A stretch of DNA of 64,000 bases from the human T2T-CHM13v2.0 reference genome, Homo sapiens: assembly GCF_009914755.1 (NCBI RefSeq), contig NC_060935.1. One strand, written 5' to 3'. Made by a program: the position numbers and the translations under genes. The notes under the pieces are model-generated. The model ran no database searches and was not told where the DNA came from. It saw only the letters and a list, made by a program, of their open reading frames with translations. The number at the start of each line of letters is the position of its first letter. The first letter of the stretch is position 1. Shown one piece after another: positions 12,601-27,200 of this stretch.

Positions 12601-15249
12601 ACTCACAGAGTTGAACATTCCTATAGATAGAGCAGGTTGTAAACAATCTTTTTGTAGAATCTGCGATTGGAGATTTGGACTGCTTTGAGGCCTACTGTAG
12701 TAAAGGAAATAACTTCATCTAAAAACCAAACGGAAGCATTCACAGACAATTCTTAGTGATCATTGCATTGAACTAACAGAGCTGAACATTCCTTTAGATG
12801 GAGCAGTTTCCAAACACACTTTCTGTAGAACCTGCAAGTGGATATTTGGACCTCTCTGAGGATTTCGTTGGAAACGGGATAAACTTCCCAGAGCTACACG
12901 GAAGCATTGTGAGAAACTTCTTTGTGATGTTTGCATTCAACTCACAGAGTTGAACCTTGCTTTCATAGTTCAGCTTTCAAACACTCTTTTTGTAGAATCT
13001 GCAAGTGGATATTTGGACCACTTTGTGGCCTTCCTTCGAAACGGGTATATCTTCACATCAAACCTAGACAGAAGCATTCTCAGAATGTTTCCTGTGATGA
13101 CTGCATTCAACTCACAGAGGTGAACAATCCTGCTGATGGAGCAGTTTTGAAACTCTCTTTCTTTGGATTCTGCAAGTGGATATGTGGACCTCTGTGAAGA
13201 TTTCGTTGGAAACGGGTTCATCTTCACAGAAAAACTAAACAGAAGCATTCTCAGAAACTGCTTTGTGATGTTTGTGTTCCACTTCAGGAATTGAACTTTC
13301 CTCTTGACAGAGCAGCTCTGAAACCCTCTTATTCTAGAATCTGCAAGTGGACATTTGGAGGGCTTTGAGGCCTGTGGTGGAAAAGGAAAATCTTCACATA
13401 AAAACTAGATGGAAGCATTCTCAGAAACTACTTTGTGATGATTGCATTCGACTCACAGAGTTGAACATTCCTATAGATAGAGCAGGTTGTAAACAATCTT
13501 TTTGTAGAATCTGCGATTGGAGATTTGGACTGCTTTGAGGCCTACTGTAGTAAAGGAAATAACTTCATCTAAAAACCAAACGGAAGCATTCACAGACAAT
13601 TCTTAGTGATCATTGGATTGAACTAACAGAGCTGAACATTCCTTTAGATGGCGCAGTTTCCAAACACACTTTCTGTAGAATCTGCAAGTGGATATTTGGA
13701 CTTCTCTGAGGATTTCGTTGGAAAAGAGATAAACTTCCAGAACTACACGGAAGCATTGTGAGAAACTTCTTTGTGATGTTTGCATTCAACTCACAGAGTT
13801 GAACCTTGCTTTCATAGTTCAGCTTTCAAACACTCTTTTTGTAGAATCTGCAAGTGGATATTTGGACCACTTTGTGGCCTTCCTTCGAAACGGGTATATC
13901 TTCACATCAAACCTAGACAGAAGCATTCTCAGAATGTTTCCTGTGATGACTGCATTCAACTCACAGAGGTGAACAATCCTGCTGATGGAGCAGTTTTGAA
14001 ACTCTCTTTCTTTGGATTCTGCAAGTGGATATGTGGACCTCTGTGAAGATTTCGTTGGAAACGGGTTCATCTTCACAGAAAAACTAAACAGGAGCATTCT
14101 CAGAAACTGCTTTGTGATGTTTGTGTTCCACTTCAAGAATTGAACTTTCCTCTTGACAGAGCAGCTCTGAAATCCTATTTTTCTAGAATCTGCAAGTGGA
14201 CATTTGGAGGGCTTTGAGGCCTGTTGTGGAAATGGAAAATCTTCACATAAAAACTAGATGGAAGCATTCTCAGAAACTACTTTGTGATGATTGCATTCGA
14301 CTCACAGAGTTGAACATTCCTATAGATAGAGCAGGTTGTAAACAATCTTTTTGTAGAATCTGCGATTGGAGATTTGGACTGCTTTGAGGCCTACTGTAGT
14401 AAAGGAATTAACTTCATCTAAAAACCAAACGGAAGCATTCACAGACAATTCTTAGTGATCATTGGATTGAACTAACAGAGCTGAACATTCCTTTAGATGG
14501 AGCAGTTTCCAAACCCACTTTCTGTAGAATCTGCAAGTGGATATTTGGACTTCTCTGAGGATTTCGTTGGAAACGGGATAAACTTCCCAGAACTACAGGG
14601 AAGCATTGTGAGAAACTTCTTTGTGATGTTTGCATTCAACACACAGAGTTGAACCTTGCTTTCATAGTTCAGCTTTCAAACACTCTTTTTGGAGAATCTG
14701 CAAGTGGATATTTGGACCACTTTGTGGCCTTCCTTCGAAACGGGTATATCTTCACATCAAACCTAGACAGAAGCATTCTCAGAATGTTTCCTGTGATGAC
14801 TGCATTCAACTCACAGAGGTGAACAATCCTGTTGATGGAGCAGTTTTGAAACTCTCTTTCTTTGGATTCTGCAAGTGGATATGTGGACCTCTGTGAAGAT
14901 TTCGTTGGAAACGGGTTCATCTTCACAGAAAAACTAAACAGAAGCATTCTCAGAAACTGCTTTGTGATGTTTGTGTTCCACTTCAGGAATTGAACTTTCC
15001 TCTTGACAGAGCAGCTCTGAAACCCTCTTATTCTAGAATCTGCAAGTGGACATTTGGAGGGCTTTGAGGCCTGTGGTGGAAAAGGAAAATCTTCACATAA
15101 AAACTAGATGGAAGCATTCTCAGAAACTACTTTGTGATGATTGCATTCGACTCACAGAGTTGAACATTCCTATAGATAGAGCAGGTTGTAAACAATCTTT
15201 TTGTAGAATCTGCGATTGGAGATTTGGACTGCTTTGAGGCCTACTGTAG

Positions 15250-18200
15250 TAAAGGAAATAACTTCATCTAAAAACAAAACGGAAGCATTCACAGACAATT
15301 CTTAGTGATCATTGCATTGAACTAACAGAGCTGAACATTCCTTTAGATAGCGCAGTTTCCAAACACACTTTCTGTAGAATTTGCAAGTGGATATTTGGAC
15401 CTCTCGGAGGATTTCGTTGGAAACGGGATAAACTTCCCAGAACTACACGGAAGCATTGTGAGAAACTTCTTTGTGATGTTTGCATTCAACTCACAGAGTT
15501 GAACCTTGCTTTCATAGTTAAGCTTTCAAACACTCTTTTTGTAGAATCTGCAAGTGGATATTTGGACCACTTTGTGGCCTTCCTTCGAAACGGGTATATC
15601 TTCACATCAAACCTAGACAGAAGCATTTTCAGAATGTTTCCTGTGATGACTGCATTCAACTCACAGAGGTGAACAATCCTGCTGATGGAGCAGTTTTGAA
15701 ACTCTCTTTCTTTGGATTCTGCAAGTGGATATGTGGACCTCTGTGAAGATTTCGTTGGAAACGGGTTCATCTTCACAGAAAAACTAAACAGAAGCATTCT
15801 CAGAAACTGCTTTGTGATGTTTGTGTTCCACTTCAGGAATTGAACTTTCCTCTTGACAGAGCAGCTCTGAAACCCTCTTATTCTAGAATCTGCAAGTGGA
15901 CATTTGGAGGGCTTTGAGGCCTGTGGTGGAAAAGGAAAATCTTCACATAAAAACTAGATGGAAGCATTCTCAGAAACTACTTTGTGATAATTGCATTCGA
16001 CTCACAGAGTTGAACATTCCTATAGATAGAGCAGGTTGTAAACAATCTTTTTGTAGAATCTGCGATTGGAGATTTGGACTGCTTTGAGGCCTACTGTAGT
16101 AAAGGAAATAACTTCATCTAAAAACCAAACGGAAGCATTCACAGACAATTCTTAGTGATCATTGCATTGAACTAACAGAGCTGAACATTCCTTTAGATGG
16201 AGCAGTTTCCAAACACACTTTCTGTAGAACCTGCAAGTGGATATTTGGACCTCTCTGAGGATTTCGTTGGAAACGGGATAAACTTCCCAGAACTACACGG
16301 AAGCATTGTGAGAAACTTCTTTGTGATGTTTGCATTCAACTCACAGAGTTGAACCTTGCTTTCATAGTTAAGCTTTCAAACACTCTTTTTGTAGAATCTG
16401 CAAGTGGATATTTGGACCACTTTGTGGCCTTCCTTCGAAACGGGTATATCTTCACATCAAACCTAGACAGAAGCATTTTCAGAATGTTTCCTGTGATGAC
16501 TGCATTCAACTCACAGAGGTGAACAATCCTGCTGATGGAGCAGTTTTGAAACTCTCTTTCTTTGGATTCTGCAAGTGGATATGTGGACCTCTGTGAAGAT
16601 TTCGTTGGAAACGGGTTCATCTTCACAGAAAAACTAAACAGAAGCATTCTCAGAAACTGCTTTGTGATGTTTGTGTTCCACTTCAGGAATTGAACTTTCC
16701 TCTTGACAGAGCAGCTCTGAAACCCTCTTATTCTAGAATCTGCAAGTGGACATTTGGAGGGCTTTGAGGCCTGTGGTGGAAAAGGAAAATCTTCACATAA
16801 AAACTAGATGGAAGCATTCTCAGAAACTACTTTGTGATGATTGCATTCGACTCACAGAGTTGAACATTCCTATAGATAGAGCAGGTTGTAAACAATCTTT
16901 TTGTAGAATCTGCGATTGGAGATTTGGACTGCTTTGAGGCCTACTGTAGTAAAGGAAATAACTTCATCTAAAAACCAAACGGAAGCATTCACAGACAATT
17001 CTTAGTGATCATTGCATTGAACTAACAGAGCTGAACATTCCTTTAGATGGCGCAGTTTCCAAACACACTTTCTGTAGAATCTGCAAGTGGATATTTGGAC
17101 TTCTCTGAGGATTTCGTTGGAAAAGGGATAAACTTCCAGAACTACACGGAAGCATTGTGAGAAACTTCTTTGTGATGTTTGCATTCAACTCACAGAGTTG
17201 AACCTTGCTTTCATAGTTCAGCTTTCAAACACTCTTTTTGTAGAATCTGCAAGTGGATATTTGGACCACTTTGTGGCCTTCCTTCGAAACGGGTATATCT
17301 TCACATCAAACCTAGACAGAAGCATTCTCAGAATGTTTCCTGTGATGACTGCATTCAACTCACAGAGGTGAACAATCCTGCTGATGGAGCAGTTTTGAAA
17401 CTCTCTTTCTTTGGATTCTGCAAGTGGATATGTGGACCTCTGTGAAGATTTCGTTGGAAACGGGTTCATCTTCACAGAAAAACTAAACAGGAGCATTCTC
17501 AGAAACTGCTTTGTGATGTTTGTTTTCCACTTCAAGAATTGAACTTTCCTCTTGACAGAGCAGCTCTGAAACCCTATTTTTCTAGAATCTGCAAGTGGAC
17601 ATTTGGAGGGCTTTGAGGCCTGTTGTGGAAATGGAAAATCTTCACATAAAAACTAGATGGAAGCATTCTCAGAAACTACTTTGTGATGATTGCATTCGAC
17701 TCACAGAGTTGAACATTCCTATAGATAGAGCAGGTTGTAAACAATCTTTTTGTAGAATCTGCGATTGGAGATTTGGACTGCTTTGAGGCCTACTGTAGTA
17801 AAGGAAATAACTTCATCTAAAAACCAAACGGAAGCATTCACAGACAATTCTTAGTGATCATTGGATTGAACTAACAGAGCTGAACATTCCTTTAGATGGA
17901 GCAGTTTCCAAACCCACTTTCTGTAGAATCTGCAAGTGGATATTTGGACTTCTCTGAGGATTTCGTTGGAAACGGGATAAACTTCCCAGAACTACAGGGA
18001 AGCATTGTGAGAAACTTCTTTGTGATGTTTGCATTCAACTCACAGAGTTGAACCTTGCTTTCATAGTTCAGCTTTCAAACACTCTTTTTGTAGAATCTGC
18101 AAGTGGATATTTGGACCACTTTGTGGCCTTCCTTCGAAACGGGTATATCTTCACATCAAACCTAGACAGAAGCATTCTCAGAATGTTTCCTGTGATGACT

Positions 18201-21200
18201 GCATTCAACTCACAGAGGTGAACAATCCTGTTGATGGAGCAGTTTTGAAACTCTCTTTCTTTGGATTCTGCAAGTGGATATGTGGACCTCTGTGAAGATT
18301 TCGTTGGAAACGGGTTCATCTTCACAGAAAAACTAAACAGAAGCATTCTCAGAAACTGCTTTGTGATGTTTGTGTTCCACTTCAGGAATTGAACTTTCCT
18401 CTTGACAGAGCAGCTCTGAAACCCTCTTATTCTAGAATCTGCAAGTGGACATTTGGAGGGCTTTGAGGCCTGTGGTGGAAAAGGAAAATCTTCACATAAA
18501 AACTAGATGGAAGCATTCTCAGAAACTACTTTGTGATGATTGCATTCGACTCACAGAGTTGAACATTCCTATAGATAGAGCAGGTTGTAAACAATCTTTT
18601 TGTAGAATCTGCGATTGGAGATTTGGACTGCTTTGAGGCCTACTGTAGTAAAGGAAATAACTTCATCTAAAAACCAAACGGAAGCATTCACAGACAATTC
18701 TTAGTGATCATTGCATTGAACTAACAGAGCTGAACATTCCTTTAGATGGAGCAGTTTCCAAACACACTTTCTGTAGAACCTGCAAGTGGATATTTGGACC
18801 TCTCTGAGGATTTCGTTGGAAACGGGATAAACTTCCCAGAACTACAGGGAAGCATTGTGAGAAACTTCTTTGTGATGTTTGCATTCAACTCACAGAGTTG
18901 AACCTTGCTTTCATAGTTCAGCTTTCAAACACTCTTTTTGTAGAATCTGCAAGTGGATATTTGGACCACTTTGTGGCCTTCCTTCGAAACGGGTATATCT
19001 TCACATCAAACCTAGACAGAAGCATTCTCAGAATGTTTCCTGTGATGACTGCATTCAACTCACAGAGGTGAACAATCCTGCTGATGGAGCAGTTTTGAAA
19101 CTCTCTTTCTTTGGATTCTGCAAGTGGATATGTGGACCTCTGTGAAGATTTCGTTGGAAACGGGTTCATCTTCACAGAAAAACTAAACAGAAGCATTCTC
19201 AGAAACTGCTTTGTGATGTTTGTGTTCCACTTCAGGAATTGAACTTTCCTCTTGACAGAGCAGCTCTGAAACCCTCTTATTCTAGAATCTGCAAGTGGAC
19301 ATTTGGAGGGCTTTGAGGCCTGTGTTGGAAAAGGAAAATCTTCACATAAAAACTAGATGGAAGCATTCTCAGAAACTACTTTGTGATGATTGCATTCGAC
19401 TCACAGAGTTGAACATTCCTATAGATAGAGCAGGTTGTAAACAATCTTTTTGTAGAATCTGCGATTGGAGATTTGGACTGCTTTGAGGCCTACTGTAGTA
19501 AAGGAAATAACTTCATCTAAAAACAAAACGGAAGCATTCACAGACAATTCTTAGTGATCATTGCATTGAACTAACAGAGCTGAACATTCCTTTAGATGGA
19601 GCAGTTTCCAAACACACTTTCTGTAGAACCTGCAAGTGGATATTTGGACCTCTCTGAGGATTTCGTTGGAAACGGGATAAACTTCCCAGAACTACACGAA
19701 AGCATTGTGAGAAACTTCTTTGTGATGTTTGCATTCAACTCACAGAGTTGAACCTTGCTTTCATAGTTCAGCTTTCAAACACTCTTTTTGTAGAATCTGC
19801 AAGTGGATATTTGGACCACTTTGTGGCCTTCCTTCGAAACGGGTATATCTTCACATCAAACCTAGACAGAAGCATTCTCAGAATGTTTCCTGTGATGACT
19901 GCATTCAACTCACAGAGGTGAACAATCCTGTTGATGGAGCAGTTTTGAAACTCTCTTTCTTTGGATTCTGCAAGTGGATATGTGGACCTCTGTGAAGATT
20001 TCGTTGGAAACGGGTTCATCTTCACAGAAAAACTAAACAGAAGCATTCTCAGAAACTGCTTTGTGATGTTTGTGTTCCACTTCAGGAATTGAACTTTCCT
20101 CTTGACAGAGCAGCTCTGAAACCCTCTTATTCTAGAATCTGCAAGTGGACATTTGGAGGGCTTTGAGGCCTGTGGTGGAAAAGGAAAATCTTCACATAAA
20201 AACTAGATGGAAGCATTCTCAGAAACTACTTTGTGATGATTGCATTCGACTCACAGAGTTGAACATTCCTATAGATAGAGCAGGTTGTAAACAATCTTTT
20301 TGTAGAATCTGCGATTGGAGATTTGGACTGCTTTGAGGCCTACTGTAGTAAAGGAAATAACTTCATCTAAAAACCAAACGGAAGCATTCACAGACAATTC
20401 TTAGTGATCATTGCATTGAACTAACAGAGCTGAACATTCCTTTAGATGGAGCAGTTTCCAAACACACTTTCTGTAGAACCTGCAAGTGGATATTTGGACC
20501 TCTCTGAGGATTTCGTTGGAAACGGGATAAACTTCCCAGAACTACAGGGAAGCATTGTGAGAAACTTCTTTGTGATGTTTGCATTCAACTCACAGAGTTG
20601 AACCTTGCTTTCATAGTTCAGCTTTCAAACACTCTTTTTGTAGAATCTGCAAGTGGATATTTGGACCACTTTGTGGCCTTCCTTCGAAACGGGTATATCT
20701 TCACATCAAACCTAGACAGAAGCATTCTCAGAATGTTTCCTGTGATGACTGCATTCAATTCACAGAGGTGAACAATCCTGCTGATGGAGCAGTTTTGAAA
20801 CTCTCTTTCTTTGGATTCTGCAAGTGGATATGTGGACCTCTGTGAAGATTTCGTTGGAAACGGGTTCATCTTCACAGAAAAACTAAACAGAAGCATTCTC
20901 AGAAACTGCTTTGTGATGTTTGTGTTCCACTTCAGGAATTGAACTTTCCTCTTGACAGAGCAGCTCTGAAACCCTCTTATTCTAGAATCTGCAAGTGGAC
21001 ATTTGGAGGGCTTTGAGGCCTGTGGTGGAAAAGGAAAATCTTCACATAAAAACTAGATGGAAGCATTCTCAGAAACTACTTTGTGATGATTGTATTCGAC
21101 TCACAGAGTTGAACATTCCTATAGATAGAGCAGGTTGTAAACAATCTTTTTGTAGAATCTGCGATTGGAGATTTGGACTGCTTTGAGGCCTACTGTAGTA

Positions 21201-24200
21201 AAGGAAATAACTTCATCTAAAAACCAAACGGAAGCATTCACAGACAATTCTTAGTGATCATTGCATTGAACTAACAGAGCTGAACATTCCTTTAGATGGA
21301 GCAGTTTCCAAACACACTTTCTGTAGAACCTGCAAGTGGATATTTGGACCTCTCTGAGGATTTCGTTGGAAACGGGATAAACTTCCCAGAACTACACGAA
21401 AGCATTGTGAGAAACTTCTTTGTGATGTTTGCATTCAACTCACAGAGTTGAACCTTGCTTTCATAGTTCAGCTTTCAAACACTCTTTTTGTAGAATCTGC
21501 AAGTGGATATTTGGACCACTTTGTGGCCTTCCTTCGAAACGGGTATATCTTCACATCAAACCTAGACAGAAGCATTCTCAGAATGTTTCCTGTGATGACT
21601 GCATTCAACTCACAGAGGTGAACAATCCTGCTGATGGAGCAGTTTTGAAACTCTCTTTCTTTGGATTCTGCAAGTGGATATGTGGACCTCTCTGAAGATT
21701 TCATTGGAAACGGGTTCATCTTCACAGAAAAACTAAACAGAAGCATTCTCAGAAACTGCTTTGTGATGTTTGTGTTCCACTTCAGGAATTGAACTTTCCT
21801 CTTGACAGAGCAGCTCTGAAACCCTCTTATTCTAGAATCTGCAAGTGGACATTTGGAGGGCTTTGAGGCCTGTGGTGGAAAAGGAAAATCTTCACATAAA
21901 AACTAGATGGAAGCATTCTCAGAAACTACTTTGTGATGATTGCATTCGACTCACAGAGTTGAACATTCCTATAGATAGAGCAGGTTGTAAACAATCTTTT
22001 TGTAGAATCTGCGATTGGAGATTTGGACTGCTTTGAGGCCTACTGTAGTAAAGGAAATAACTTCATCTAAAAACAAAACGGAAGCATTCACAGACAATTC
22101 TTAGTGATCATTGCATTGAACTAACAGAGCTGAACATTCCTTTAGATAGCGCAGTTTCCAAACACACTTTCTGTAGAATTTGCAAGTGGATATTTGGACC
22201 TCTCGGAGGATTTCGTTGGAAACGGGATAAACTTCCCAGAACTACACGGAAGCATTGTGAGAAACTTCTTTGTGATGTTTGCATTCAACTCACAGAGTTG
22301 AACCTTGCTTTCATAGTTCAGCTTTCAAACACTCTTTTTGTAGAATCTGCAAGTGGATATTTGGACCACTTTGTGGCCTTCCTTCGAAACGGGTATATCT
22401 TCACATCAAACCTAGACAGAAGCATTTTCAGAATGTTTCCTGTGATGACTGCATTCAACTCACAGAGGTGAACAATCCTGCTGATGGAGCAGTTTTGAAA
22501 CTCTCTTTCTTTGGATTCTGCAAGTGGATATGTGGACCTCTGTGAAGATTTCGTTGGAAACGGGTTCATCTTCACAGAAAAACTAAACAGAAGCATTCTC
22601 AGAAACTGCTTTGTGATGTTTGTGTTCCACTTCAGGAATTGAACTTTCCTCTTGACAGAGCAGCTCTGAAACCCTCTTATTCTAGAATCTGCAAGTGGAC
22701 ATTTGGAGGGCTTTGAGGCCTGTGGTGGAAAAGGAAAATCTTCACATAAAAACTAGATGGAAGCATTCTCAGAAACTAATTTGTGATAATTGCATTCGAC
22801 TCACAGAGTTGAACATTCCTATAGATAGAGCAGGTTGTAAACAATCTTTTTGTAGAATCTGCGATTGGAGATTTGGACTGCTTTGAGGCCTACTGTAGTA
22901 AAGGAAATAACTTCATCTAAAAACCAAACGGAAGCATTCACAGACAATTCTTAGTGATCATTGCATTGAACTAACAGAGCTGAACATTCCTTTAGATGGA
23001 GCAGTTTCCAAACACACTTTCTGTAGAACCTGCAAGTGGATATTTGGACCTCTCTGAGGATTTCGTTGGAAACGGGATAAACTTCCCAGAACTACACGGA
23101 AGCATTGTGAGAAACTTCTTTGTGATGTTTGCATTCAACTCACAGAGTTGAACCTTGCTTTCATAGTTAAGCTTTCAAACACTCTTTTTGTAGAATCTGC
23201 AAGTGGATATTTGGACCACTTTGTGGCCTTCCTTCGAAACGGGTATATCTTCACATCAAACCTAGACAGAAGCATTCTCAGAATGTTTCCTGTGATGACT
23301 GCATTCAACTCACAGAGGTGAACAATCCTGCTGATGGAGCAGTTTTGAAACTCTCTTTCTTTGGATTCTGCAAGTGGATATGTGGACCTCTGTGAAGATT
23401 TCGTTGGAAACGGGTTCATCTTCACAGAAAAACTAAACAGAAGCATTCTCAGAAACTGCTTTCTGATGTTTGTGTTCCACTTCAGGAATTGAACTTTCCT
23501 CTTGACAGAGCAGCTCTGAAACCCTCTTATTCTAGAATCTGCAAGTGGACATTTGGAGGGCTTTGAGGCCTGTGGTGGAAAAGGAAAATCTTCACATAAA
23601 AACTAGATGGAAGCATTCTCAGAAACTACTTTGTGATGATTGCATTCGACTCACAGAGTTGAACATTCCTATAGATAGAGCAGGTTGTAAACAATCTTTT
23701 TGTAGAATCTGCGATTGGAGATTTGGACTGCTTTGAGGCCTACTGTAGTAAAGGAAATAACTTCATCTAAAAACCAAACGGAAGCATTCACAGACAATTC
23801 TTAGTGATCATTGCATTGAACTAACAGAGCTGAACATTCCTTTAGATGGCGCAGTTTCCAAACACACTTTCTGTAGAATCTGCAAGTGGATATTTGGACT
23901 TCTCTGAGGATTTCGTTGGAAAAGGGATAAACTTCCAGAACTACACGGAAGCATTGTGAGAAACTTCTTTGTGATGTTTGCATTCAACTCACAGAGTTGA
24001 ACCTTGCTTTCATAGTTCAGCTTTCAAACACTCTTTTTGTAGAATCTGCAAGTGGATATTTGGACCACTTTGTGGCCTTCCTTCGAAACGGGTATATCTT
24101 CACATCAAACCTAGACAGAAGCATTCTCAGAATGTTTCCTGTGATGACTGCATTCAACTCACAGAGGTGAACAATCCTGCTGATGGAGCAGTTTTGAAAC

Positions 24201-27200
24201 TCTCTTTCTTTGGATTCTGCAAGTGGATATGTGGACCTCTGTGAAGATTTCGTTGGAAACGGGTTCATCTTCACAGAAAAACTAAACAGGAGCATTCTCA
24301 GAAACTGCTTTGTGATGTTTGTTTTCCACTTCAAGAATTGAACTTTCCTCTTGACAGAGCAGCTCTGAAACCCTATTTTTCTAGAATCTGCAAGTGGACA
24401 TTTGGAGGGCTTTGAGGCCTGTTGTGGAAATGGAAAATCTTCACATAAAAACTAGATGGAAGCATTCTCAGAAACTACTTTGTGATGATTGCATTCGACT
24501 CACAGAGTTGAACATTCCTATAGATAGAGCAGGTTGTAAACAATCTTTTTGTAGAATCTGCGATTGGAGATTTGGACTGCTTTGAGGCCTACTGTAGTAA
24601 AGGAAATAACTTCATCTAAAAACCAAACGGAAGCATTCACAGACAATTCTTAGTGATCATTGGATTGAACTAACAGAGCTGAACATTCCTTTAGATGGAG
24701 CAGTTTCCAAACCCACTTTCTGTAGAATCTGCAAGTGGATATTTGGACTTCTCTGAGGATTTCGTTGGAAACGGGATAAACTTCCCAGAACTACAGGGAA
24801 GCATTGTGAGAAACTTCTTTGTGATGTTTGCATTCAACTCACAGAGTTGAACCTTGCTTTCATAGTTCAGCTTTCAAACACTCTTTTTGTAGAATCTGCA
24901 AGTGGATATTTGGACCACTTTGTGGCCTTCCTTCGAAACGGGTATATCTTCACATCAAACCTAGACAGAAGCATTCTCAGAATGTTTCCTGTGATGACTG
25001 CATTCAACTCACAGAGGTGAACAATCCTGTTGATGGAGCAGTTTTGAAACTCTCTTTCTTTGGATTCTGCAAGTGGATATGTGGACCTCTGTGAAGATTT
25101 CGTTGGAAACGGGTTCATCTTCACAGAAAAACTAAACAGAAGCATTCTCAGAAACTGCTTTGTGATGTTTGTGTTCCACTTCAGGAATTGAACTTTCCTC
25201 TTGACAGAGCAGCTCTGAAACCCTCTTATTCTAGAATCTGCAAGTGGACATTTGGAGGGCTTTGAGGCCTGTGGTGGAAAAGGAAAATCTTCACATAAAA
25301 ACTAGATGGAAGCATTCTCAGAAACTACTTTGTGATGATTGCATTCGACTCACAGAGTTGAACATTCCTATAGATAGAGCAGGTTGTAAACAATCTTTTT
25401 GTAGAATCTGCGATTGGAGATTTGGACTGCTTTGAGGCCTACTGTAGTAAAGGAAATAACTTCATCTAAAAACCAAACGGAAGCATTCACAGACAATTCT
25501 TAGTGATCATTGCATTGAACTAACAGAGCTGAACATTCCTTTAGATGGAGCAGTTTCCAAACACACTTTCTGTAGAACCTGCAAGTGGATATTTGGACCT
25601 CTCTGAGGATTTCGTTGGAAACGGGATAAACTTCCCAGAACTACAGGGAAGCATTGTGAGAAACTTCTTTGTGATGTTTGCATTCAACTCACAGAGTTGA
25701 ACCTTGCTTTCATAGTTCAGCTTTCAAACACTCTTTTTGTAGAATCTGCAAGTGGATATTTGGACCACTTTGTGGCCTTCCTTCGAAACGGGTATATCTT
25801 CACATCAAACCTAGACAGAAGCATTCTCAGAATGTTTCCTGTGATGACTGCATTCAACTCACAGAGGTGAACAATCCTGCTGATGGAGCAGTTTTGAAAC
25901 TCTCTTTCTTTGGATTCTGCAAGTGGATATGTGGACCTCTGTGAAGATTTCGTTGGAAACGGGTTCATCTTCACAGAAAAACTAAACAGAAGCATTCTCA
26001 GAAACTGCTTTGTGATGTTTGTGTTCCACTTCAGGAATTGAACTTTCCTCTTGACAGAGCAGCTCTGAAACCCTCTTATTCTAGAATCTGCAAGTGGACA
26101 TTTGGAGGGCTTTGAGGCCTGTGGTGGAAAAGGAAAATCTTCACATAAAAACTAGATGGAAGCATTCTCAGAAACTACTTTGTGATGATTGCATTCGACT
26201 CACAGAGTTGAACATTCCTATAGATAGAGCAGGTTGTAAACAATCTTTTTGTAGAATCTGCGATTGGAGATTTGGACTGCTTTGAGGCCTACTGTAGTAA
26301 AGGAAATAACTTCATCTAAAAACCAAACGGAAGCATTCACAGACAATTCTTAGTGATCATTGCATTGAACTAACAGAGCTGAACATTCCTTTAGATGGAG
26401 CAGTTTCCAAACACACTTTCTGTAGAACCTGCAAGTGGATATTTGGACCTCTCTGAGTATTTCGTTGGAAACGGGATAAACTTCCCAGAACTACAGGGAA
26501 GCATTGTGAGAAACTTCTTTGTGATGTTTGCATTCAACTCACAGAGTTGAACCTTGCTTTCATAGTTCAGCTTTCAAACACTCTTTTTGTAGAATCTGCA
26601 AGTGGATATTTGGACCACTTTGTGGCCTTCCTTCGAAACGGGTATATCTTCACATCAAACCTAGACAGAAGCATTCTCAGAATGTTTCCTGTGATGACTG
26701 CATTCAACTCACAGAGGTGAACAATCCTGTTGATGGAGCAGTTTTGAAACTCTCTTTCTTTGGATTCTGCAAGTGGATATGTGGACCTCTGTGAAGATTT
26801 CGTTGGAAACGGGTTCATCTTCACAGAAAAACTAAACAGAAGCATTCTCAGAAACTGCTTTGTGATGTTTGTGTTCCACTTCAGGAATTGAACTTTCCTC
26901 TTGACAGAGCAGCTCTGAAACCCTCTTATTCTAGAATCTGCAAGTGGACATTTGGAGGGCTTTGAGGCCTGTGGTGGAAAAGGAAAATCTTCACATAAAA
27001 ACTAGATGGAAGCATTCTCAGAAACTACTTTGTGATGATTGCATTCGACTCACAGAGTTGAACATTCCTATAGATAGAGCAGGTTGTAAACAATCTTTTT
27101 GTAGAATCTGCGATTGGAGATTTGGACTGCTTTGAGGCCTACTGTAGTAAAGGAAATAACTTCATCTAAAAACCAAACGGAAGCATTCACAGACAATTCT

